A stretch of DNA of 64,000 bases. It comes from Mobula hypostoma (lineage: Eukaryota). Position numbers and translations under genes: made by a program. Positions 55,295 to 64,000 of the stretch are shown here, piece by piece (within the stretch, counting starts at the first letter, position 1; each line of letters begins with the position of its first letter). The stretch is from NCBI RefSeq assembly GCF_963921235.1, contig NC_086097.1, positions 193,008,001 through 193,072,000 on the forward strand, given 5' to 3'. The notes beneath the pieces are model-generated. The model ran no database searches. It saw nothing but the letters and a program-made list of their open reading frames with translations, and was not told where the DNA came from.

Positions 55295-55612
55295 CCAGGA
55301 CATGTCCTTTTCTCATTGTTACCATCAGGAAGGGGATACAGAAGCCTAAAGGCACACACCCAGTGACTCAGGAACAACTTCTTCCCCTCTGCCATCCGAT
55401 TTCAAACTGGACATTGAACCCATGAACACTACCTCATTACATTTTTATTTCTTTTTTTTTGCATTACTTCTTTTAACTTAACTATTTAATAGACCTATGC
55501 TTACTATAATTCAGTTTTTTCCTCTATATTTATCACGTATTTCATTGTACTGCTGCCTTAAAGTTAACAAATTTTGCGATGTATGCCAGTGATATTAAAC
55601 CTGATTCTGATT
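55295..55612 (+). mobile_element. Rex1/Babar 3' end
   Basis: ccatcaggaagg...aggaacaacttcttcccctctgccatc...taaacctgattctgattc. Confidence 0.75.
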
Positions 55613-55739
55613 CATTTGTCCTCATAATTTATAAAGGAAAAAGTACTTTTCTTCAGTAAAGCATATGTTATTATTATCTTAGTTGATCTTTGTTTCTTCC
55701 TTCCACGCATAAAGCAAAGTTTTCCCTTTTCTCCCCCAG

Positions 55740-55917
55740 GATATCAAATGAACACTCTCCCAAGCTTCAAATCCGAAGCCACAGCTACTTACGGGCAGTC
55801 AGTGAAGTGTCGATTAACCGAAGTTTGGACAGTTTGGATCCCGCGGTGCTTCTTGCCTCGCCTAAATTCCGTTCTCGCAATGAAAGTTACATGAGAGCCA
55901 TGAGCACCATCAGCCAA
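55740..55917 (+). CDS. DLGAP1: DLGAP1 coding exon (178 nt), GK-binding repeats 3-4
   Basis: (K)ISNEHSPKLQIRSHSYLRAVSEVSINRSLDSLDPAVLLASPKFRSRNESYMRAMSTISQ; polypyrimidine tract + cAG, donor CAA|GTAAAC; phase 2 to 0 fits the previous exon. Confidence 0.96.
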
Positions 55918-56007
55918 GTAAACTGAGAACTTATATTTAGAATAAAGCTTTGAGTTACATGGCTTAGTCTAAACTAAAGGGTTCTTGGTGTGATCTCTGT
56001 TTTGCAG

Positions 56008-56248
56008 GTGAGTGAAGTGGAAGTTAATGGGCAATTTGAATCTGTTTGCGAGTCAGTATTTAATGAATTGGAGTCACAGGCCGTTGAGGCACTGGATCTG
56101 CCTATGCCAGAGTACTTCCGAATGCGAAGCCACAGCTACGTGAGGGCAATCGAACGTGGCTGCTCACAGGATGATGAAAGTTTGTCACTTAGGTCAACAT
56201 CACCACCTCGAACCACGACAACAGTGAGGACAATCCAAAGCAGTACTG
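56008..56248 (+). CDS. DLGAP1: DLGAP1 coding exon (241 nt), GK-binding repeat 5
   Basis: VSEVEVNGQFESVCESVFNELESQAVEALDLPMPEYFRMRSHSYVRAIERGCSQDD...PPRTTTTVRTIQSST; ttttgcAG acceptor, G|GTAGGT donor (phase 1); later exons not found in the window. Confidence 0.95.
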
Positions 56249-57515
56249 GTAGGTTCTTGGGGCATCTCCTCCCACATTTAATGTATTAACTATATGGTGA
56301 GTGTCTGTATCCCTGTCTTTCTGCATTGGGTGGGGAGAATAATGAAAATCATACTGCTTTTCTTCAATAAGTCAGTGCCTTTCCCCATAACTGGGAATCC
56401 ATTATGTAATTTCTAAAAGGTAATACACTATTCAATGTTTTTCCTCAAAATGTTATTACTATGTTGCTAATTATAGCAAATTATCAATATTCTATTAACT
56501 AAAAGGATTGTGTACTCATGACTCTGCTAAGGAATTAGTCCAGTTTTGTGATAATTCTCTTCAATACAGCTCCAGAAATCCAACAATTTTCCAAGCTTTT
56601 GAATGAAAGGAAAACTCTTGGCTATTGTGCAAAATATACGCATGCATTTGATATGAGAATTCTCTCTACTAGTTGATGAAACTTATATTCCTAATTCAAA
56701 TTCACTGCAGTATCTCCTAAAGTCATAAATAGTTTATTATTGCCAACTGTAATATTGACAACTGACTGTGGAGGATTTGTGTCTATCTGTTCACAAGTTC
56801 AGAGAATTTCTCCCTTCTAATCAGAAGATATATTTTAACGACAGTGAATTTCTAAATACCATTGCTTCAGTCCTTAATGATGCACTGTCAGGAAGGTGGG
56901 TGATCTTGTCCCGAAATATTATTTTTAGTTCTTGCATATATTTATTAATTAAATTGTCTGTTGAATTGTATGTTTGGCACAAGAAATTTTTGAGACCTTG
57001 TGAATTTCCGTGTGAGTTACCTTAAAGAGACAAGAAAGGTGTACATAGAAAATTAAAATATAGTAACCAATCTAGATTGGTCATAATAATGTATGTGATC
57101 GTGTTAATGATAGTTAAATTGGTAATACTTTGTCATAAGAGGTTTCATAATGCAAAGTATAAGTTCAGTGATGCATATTTCCAGTGTGGAACTTCAGACA
57201 ATAGAAGCATGGTCGTATAGTATATTTTGATCCATATTCCTAGCTTGCATCACCCCATGCCAAAAATTTAGCATCGCTTAATGTATACTTATTCCCCTTT
57301 CTCTGCAGGATCTAATGCAGAAATTAAGACGGCTCTTTTTGCTTCACTGTTCATCATTGATACAGAAAATCACACTAATTCTCATCACATTGATATTGAA
57401 AATTCACAAATCTATAGGTACTTTGGTCTGTCAAGTTGCTCGTGGTACCATTGTTATCTTATTTTAGTTGATTGCATTTGCCAAATCAGCATTTTGCAAT
57501 TTTGAAAAATAGATG

Positions 57516-58212
57516 TGTAGCCCCCTGGCCAGCCTCAGGGTCGCTCGGCTAGCTGTCGTCTAGGGAAACAGCCCTTGGCCTTGCCAAACTGGGTAATTAG
57601 TTTGTGTGGATGCTGTGTGATGTATCCCACCCCTCCCAAATAACAGACAATAACCCTGACACGATTAAATGATTTATCGTTTATAGATATTACTGGAACT
57701 ATATAATTAATAAAGAATAAAATATAAAAGGAAAATAAAAGGCACAACACTTATCAAAGTTCAATCTCTTCGTGCACAAACAGTTGGAGCTCAGGACCTT
57801 TCTTCTTCACCCTGCGATCCCTCGGACCATCTCGACCAGCTGCCTGGGACCAACAACGGTGGTTGACCAGACGCTTCACACAAGTCCGTCTCAGTCTCCT
57901 CTCCCCGCCCAACACCCCACTCAGGGTCCGACCCCGTTAGCGGACTCACAGCACCTGATCTGTCTTCTGCCTCTCTCTCCCACCTTCTCCCCCAAAACCC
58001 CGCGCATACAATATCTTCAGACACACCGAAAGCATAACAACTATCGCAATTGGTTCATTCATCCTCTCACCAATAGATAATCCAAAATAGGTTGCTAGCA
58101 GGAAGGACTTTCTCAGCAGTTAACATAACAGAGAAGCCCTTTCAATTGTAACATAACAAAGAAGCCATTTTAATTAGACTATGCAGTGACATAAAAAAAG
58201 AAACCCCTTACA
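57516..58212 (-). mobile_element. LTR (3' LTR of a minus-strand Gypsy-like element), 697 bp
   Basis: TGTA...TACA termini; the adjacent ccttcccccccacc (58213-58226) is a polypurine tract on the minus strand. Confidence 0.75.
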
Positions 58213-58535
58213 CCTTCCCCCCCACCAAATAAAGTCATGTCCTCATGACTTCTAAACAACTCACCAACCAGTCCTACAGACACAGAAACCCATCCAGATA
58301 CACACAGTGACATTGCTCCCCAAACAGTGGACCTTCCACCCGTCCACGGGCGCTACATAGGCCAACCCATCTGAGAGCTTCCAAACCCTCCGAGACCTCC
58401 GTACCCCCTCATCTAAACCCTAAAGGCTCAGACACTACTAGGGATACCTCGGACCTGCTTGCCAACTCCTCTCTCACTCAGGCCACCATTACAACTCGGA
58501 ACCCCTTGTCCCGTGTCCGGGGCCCTGCTTCTTTT

Positions 58536-58634
58536 CATAGAAACATAGAAAATAGGTGCAGGAGTAGGCCATTCAGCCCTTCGAGCCTGCACCGCCATTT
58601 ATTATGATCATGGCTGATCATCCAACTCAGAACC
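58536..58634 (-). mobile_element. ~100-bp CR1 3' tip, same subfamily as 9372-13066
   Basis: Near-exact reverse complement of 12960-13058, including the catagaaa tail. Confidence 0.9.
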
Positions 58635-58779
58635 TTCCTGGTCCTGCTGTAACTCAGACTGCCCACAGCTAGCCCTCCCCACTACACCTAACTCAGTGGG
58701 AGAAGGGCCAAAGGTCTCTTCCTCAATCACGGTGAAGTTAGCAAAAGGCAGCATGTACCACATGTGCAGCACATCATCC

Positions 58780-59650
58780 TTCGAATCCATATTCTTCCTC
58801 ATTCCCTCGATCGGTAGCTGCTGTTTAAGTTTCTCCACACTGAAACATTTAGCCAGGGCTACCCCTTCAGCCTCCTGCAGTCGAGACGTCAGCTTCTTCA
58901 GGGTCTCCTACAACTCTCGCCACAGCCTCAGCAGCTCTGACTTGGGGTTCCTGGCCATCTCAATCTGGGACGCAGTTACCCCACCAGCTTCTCCCACCCT
59001 GACCTGAAAAGCAGCAGTTAAAGGATGTTCAGCCTCCGGTTGTTTCTTCCTGATGACGTCCTCCAGGTCAACTTTCAGTTTTTCCACTTCATTTAAACTC
59101 GTGATAGTCACCTTCAGGTTCCTTTCAAGTATCTGCCTCCCTTTTCCAAGATCTGTCCTCCATTTCTTCACCTCCTCAGGAGTGTAGTCAAACTCCCCTC
59201 CCTGGGCTCCCGGTTTTCTGTTGGCCTTAGTCAGAACACTTCCTTGATCTTCCCCAACTTGTGAGTCTTCCAATCTGTTCTGAATCGACGTCTTGAGTTT
59301 CTGCTGATCCCTTCGAAGGTGGGTCATTGTTTCTTCTCGCTGGATTAATTCATCAGCACGTGACCGCAGTGTCGGCTCGGAATTCCGTTGCTCCTTCTCC
59401 ACGTTGACGAGCGTGAATTACAAGTCTGCAATGGTCGTCCCACAAGTGAGGCACTCAGTCTCCGGCCGGCATTTCTGAGCACTCAGTTCAGCGGTGCAAA
59501 TCCCCTCTCTCCCCTGTGTCTCATTCAGATTGACGACCTGGGTTTCCATCCTCAGGTCCACCACCATCTGTTCCAACACCAGGAAGTTCAACTGGTATTT
59601 CCGGTCATTTTTCTCACATTGCACCAAACTCCTCTGGCCAGAACCTCCTC
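58780..59650 (-). pseudogene. Processed myosin heavy-chain rod fragment (MYH16-like) inside the LTR element
   Basis: EKND...AELSAQK...TLVNVEKE...QNRLEDSQVGEDQGSVLTKA...KKWRTDL...LERNLKVTITSLNEVEKLKVDLEDVIRKK; RVGEAGGVTASQIEM...[20 protein letters not shown]...[13 protein letters not shown]: colinear with the sarcomeric myosin rod as recalled. Confidence 0.8.
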
Positions 59651-60296
59651 CACATGTGACACTTCGCTTCTGTCGCCCAGGCTCAGCCACTCACCTCGTC
59701 TCGGCCACTCGCCTCATCTCATAGTCCCCCCAGGCGAATCCAAGCTCTAGGCGGTCATCCACATACGCCAAAACTTCACACACCTTCACTTCTCCCATGG
59801 TCTTCCTCATGCCCTGCGGGAAGGATGCAGGGGCTCCGGATATGCCCTTGGGCATCTTTTCAGATCGGAATAATCCTAGGGATCTAATAACGGCCATCTT
59901 CGGCTCAACAGCCGCACTCTTCAGGATCTGGCAACATCCACTTCTCAGATCCAGCACATTAAACCACGTCACATAATCCACACACACGCTGCCTTCATCA
60001 TCCACGCTGCTAGGGTCCAGTTGCCATGACCTCTCTCTCACTGAGGTGTCTTCAGCAGTCAACTTCCCTCCCTCGTGGTAGTTCGGAGCGTCTACTAAGA
60101 GGGTCTCACCCTCAGCTACTTTCCCCAGGCCGTACCACCGCTGGGTCTCGTTTAAATTCGGTACTGGCTCAAGGCTCTACACACGTCCTCAGAAGCAACT
60201 CGTCACGCTGGGTGCCCAGACAATGCCCCCATGAACTCCAGGGTCATTAGCCAATCATCGGTGAGCACCAGAAACTAGATATGACCCCCAAAAGAC

Positions 60297-61065
60297 TCAC
60301 AGGTGAAGTATCGCCTCACCTGGAAGGACTGTTTGGGCCCTGAATGGTAGTGAGGGAGGAGATACAGGAGCAAGTATAGCACTGGTTCTGCTTGCAAGGC
60401 TAAGTGCCAGGAGGGAGATCAGTGGGGAGGGATGAATGGACAAGGGAGTTACATAAGGAGTGATCCCTGTGGAATGCAGAAAGTGGAGGTAGGGAAAGAT
60501 GTGCTTGGTGGTGGGATCCCGATGGAGATGGCAGAAGTTGCAGAGAATTATGTGCTGGATGCAGAGGCTGGTGGGATGGTAGGTGAGGACAAGAGAAACC
60601 CTGTCCGTGGTAGCGTGGCAGGAGGATGGGGTGAGGCAGATGTGTGTGGAATGGAAAAGATGCAGTTGAGGGCAGAGTTGATGGGAGAGGAAGGGAAGCT
60701 TCATTCTTTGAAGAAGGAGGACACCTCATTCGTTCTGAAATGAAAAGCCTCATCCTGAGAGCAAATGTGACGGAGATGGAGGAATTGAGAGAAGGGGATG
60801 GCATTTTTACAAGTAACAGGGTGGGATGAGGTATAGTCTAGGTAGCTGTGAGATTCCATGCTTTTATAATAGACACCAGTAGATAAGCTGTCTCCCAAGA
60901 AAGAGACGGAGAGATTGAGAATGGGGAGGCGGTACTGGAAATGGACCAGGTAAATTTGAGGGCAGGGTGGAAGTTGGAGGCAAAGTAGGTGAAGTTGATG
61001 AGTTATGCATGGGTGCAAGAAGCAGCACCAATGCAGTCATCGATGCAGCATAGGAAAAGTGCAGG
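60297..61065 (-). mobile_element. Penelope-like element RT C-terminus/linker fragment
   Basis: VYYKSMESHSYLDYTSSHPVTCKNAIPFSQFLHLRHICS; DRVSLVLTYHP. Confidence 0.85.
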
Positions 61066-62467
61066 ATGGGTACCAGCGTAAGATAGCGTAAGTCTATAGA
61101 CCAGTGTATGTCTATAGGTAATGCATCTATTTGCAAAGCTGCAAGTTCATCTTATTCAAAAACAACCCTTTGATTTCTTGAAGCATTACCTGCTGTACGG
61201 TACTTAGAAAGCCAAGCTCGACAAAAAAAGAAGAAGCCTTTGACCTACGAAGTGAACACAAAGTGAAAGCAACAGTTGCCGTACTTGGATATTGCAAAGT
61301 AGCCATAGCGCCAGGATTTTGAAACCCATCAAAATGGCTGTGATTTTTGTATTTTTTTTGTTGTTTTTGGAATTCAAAACACACCGTATGCATTCTCACT
61401 TTGGACAGATCATATCTATTACACTGTATTGTACTGAGTTATGTGGTCCGTGTGTGGCAACTTTTGGAATTGTAGGCATGCTTCACTTAGAAAGGCACAG
61501 AATTACCTATGGAATAAGTTAGTCATCAATTAACTTCTGGAGAAGGCACTGCCTATTAGTTGTAGCACTCTGAAATTCTGAGAAATATCCAAGCAGGTGG
61601 CTAGTCAGGACTCCTGTAATCAGTGGAGTGCCTCTTTTTAGTAATAGGAATAACATTAATGCATAGTTGTGCTGAGCCTACCTCAACAGCTGTAGGCTGC
61701 ATCAATCAGCTCCAGTTCATGTCCATACAAGCAGAAATAAACATTATGTGAATAATGATGTCATAACTGCACATCCTCATGCTGAACAAATGTAAATCAT
61801 TGACATTAACAGTGCACAGAACTGCTTCGTTCAATTTTGCAATGAATGTGTCTTCATCTAGAAATGATTGCTGGAGTGATCTCAATTAAATCATTGTTTA
61901 TGTGATTTGTGCATTAAAAAGGACAAAATTTGGAACTATTTCTAAGCTACTATTTTTAGTTCCTGATATAGATTCTGCTTCTTCGTCATTGGCTCCATCA
62001 TCTCCCTAGAAACTGAACCAGAATGGATGACTGTGTTATGTTTGAATCCAAGATAATCTTCAAAACAAATATCCCTGATTTCACGAAGAACACATTTCTA
62101 TTTTGCTCATGTCCCCCAACTCTTTCCTAGCCTCAATTTATCTGCTACCAAAATATTTATTTACACCTTACCCCCATTAGATGGGATTATTCCTCTGCAC
62201 TCTGAACCATTTTAGCTCATTCTAACATCTGCAAATTTCAAATGATCCAACAGAGTGTTGACAATGTCCCAACTCCCACTAAATCCAATCCACAATCACC
62301 TGTTATTCACTCTATCATAATGTCTCTGTAACTGCCTCTTCACTCTCTCTCTAATCTCCTCCGAAAAAGCTACATTTTATAGTTCTGGCCTTATTATCCC
62401 CAAATTTCATTATTCTATAACAGATGGTGTGTGTTTAGTATCCTAAACTGCAGAATTCATTCACTAA

Positions 62468-62698
62468 GATAATGCTGGAGGAACTCAGCTGGTCAGGTAG
62501 TATCTGTGGAGGAGAATAAACAGTTGATGTTTTGGGCCAAGACCCTTCATCAGACGCTTTTGTCCTGATGAAGGGTCTTGGCCCAAAACATCAACTGTTT
62601 AATCCCTTCCACAGATACTGCATGTCCTGCTGAGTTCTTCTAGCATTTTGCATGTGTTGTTCTGGATTTCCAGCATCTGCAAAATCTCTTATGTTTAA
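62468..62698. mobile_element. Penelope pLTR in head-to-head inverted arrangement
   Basis: Arms 62471-62556 and 62562-62647; flanking direct repeat aattcattcactaa (62454) / aattaattcactaa (62699). Confidence 0.85.
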
Positions 62699-63745
62699 AA
62701 TTAATTCACTAAACTTCATTGTCTCCTGACTGACATTTTGTTTCTAATATTTTCCATTAAATTACTCTCAGCAAGCTTTTGGGCATCTGGCCTAATATCT
62801 ATTTACTATATGTGTCTCATTATTTGATGGCACACTTGTGAAATATCTTGGGAAATTTTATTTTGAGCAAAGAGCAATGTAAAGATAGGCCTTTGTTTTT
62901 GTTGTGGTAGCTCTGTAGAAGTGTATTTAAGTGAGACAATGCAATAGATAGAAGAATTGGTAACTTTTCCTGACATCTTTGTAACCTCTGGAGAATCAAT
63001 TTCATGCTTCAGTTGTGCTGAATAATCTCATGGAATAAAACCCGGAACCACTTTTTCAACTCTGCATTCAGTGCGCACTAGGAAAAAGAAATTCAACTTG
63101 ATGTGTTTGTTTTAAAGAATGTATTCCAGTGTATAAACTATAAAATGATCTGACACAAATTGAGATGTGTTGAATGTGCAGCACCTGTCCATCAGACTGA
63201 ATGGAGTTGAAGCTGAAATTTCCTTTCAGTTTGTGTATTTTGTTAATCAAGAGGGATTGATGCATTTTAGATTAGTGAGAGAGGCAAAATCAAGAAATGT
63301 TGGTGTCGTCCTTGAATCCTGTTAGGCATGCTTCAATTCAGCTTCAAAACACTGTAGATAATCTCCATAAATGTATCAACAGAAGCTGTAGCCACTGCAT
63401 CAAAAGAGCGCTCTCTGTTGTACTGTTATGATCTTGTGAACTGCAAGAGACCTGTCAGCATTAACTCCTGATAATAGCTCCTCTAAATCAGGTTTGTCTA
63501 CATTCTATTTCTCTTCTGTCTCAGTGAATCATCAACAACGCCTAGAATCATCGACATACAGCTGGTTCCTGATAAATGAATAATGTAGCCAAGAAATCCT
63601 CAGCATCATCAGAACTCTTGGTAAATAATTTTAATCAATCAGCTATTCACAAAATTTGAACATTGGGCTAGCTGCATTCATTGCATTGTTTGAAATAGTA
63701 ACCTTGGATGATTTTGTTAACTAGTTGAAGATTAATTGCTTAGAA

Positions 63746-64000
63746 TAATCAGAATCAGAATCAAATTTATTATCACCAACATACTGCTTGTTATAAATGT
63801 TTTTGCTTTGTGACAGCTGTACAGTGCAAAACATAATTACTGTAAGTTACAATGAATAAATAAATACTACAAAAGAGGAATAGCGATGTAGTATTCATGA
63901 ACCATTCAGAAATCTGATAATGCAGAGGAAGAAGATGTTCCAAAAATACTGAGTGTGTGTCTTCAAACTCCTGTACCTCCTTCCCAATGGTATTAATGCA
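63746..64000 (-). mobile_element. Rex1/Babar 3' tail region, runs off the window
   Basis: aatcagaatcagaatcaaatttattatc...ccattcagaaatctga...ctcctgtacctccttccc. Confidence 0.75.

Larger units (their letters stand above)
58213..60296 (-). mobile_element. Internal region of a non-autonomous Gypsy-like element with deleted pol; 5' LTR not seen
   Basis: RT remnants [36 protein letters not shown] (59750-59990). Confidence 0.8.

Noticed and set aside
61070..63740. Possible further DLGAP1 exons or the 5' LTR of the Gypsy element
   Set aside because: No match found by eye to GVIKLSSAVE or VSSCITTYKK, or to the 57516-58212 LTR

Overview
Vertebrate genomic DNA, most likely a cartilaginous fish (batoid ray; inferred from its repeat families). 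The window lies inside one large + strand gene, DLGAP1 (SAPAP1/GKAP). Four consecutive coding exons are present (18361-19317, 41179-41393, 55740-55917, 56008-56248), with GT/AG boundaries, compatible phases and all five GK-binding repeats. The rest is intron, densely filled with CR1, Rex1/Babar, L1/Tx1, Hero (RLE), RTE, Penelope, Tc1/pogo, SINE and Gypsy relics. Most notable: (1) a Gypsy-like LTR element whose pol remnant runs in frame into an intron-less, internally deleted sarcomeric myosin heavy-chain rod (MYH16-like), i.e. an apparent captured host mRNA; (2) a 104-bp TSD-flanked insertion that is essentially a minimal Penelope-type hammerhead ribozyme, on the sense strand about 190 nt before a DLGAP1 exon; (3) a CR1 with a twin-priming 5' inversion, and two CR1 copies that share ORF1 and a 5' breakpoint but carry different ORF2s; (4) a nest of four retrotransposon clades. 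Family names come from motif recognition and recalled sequences, not from database searches.
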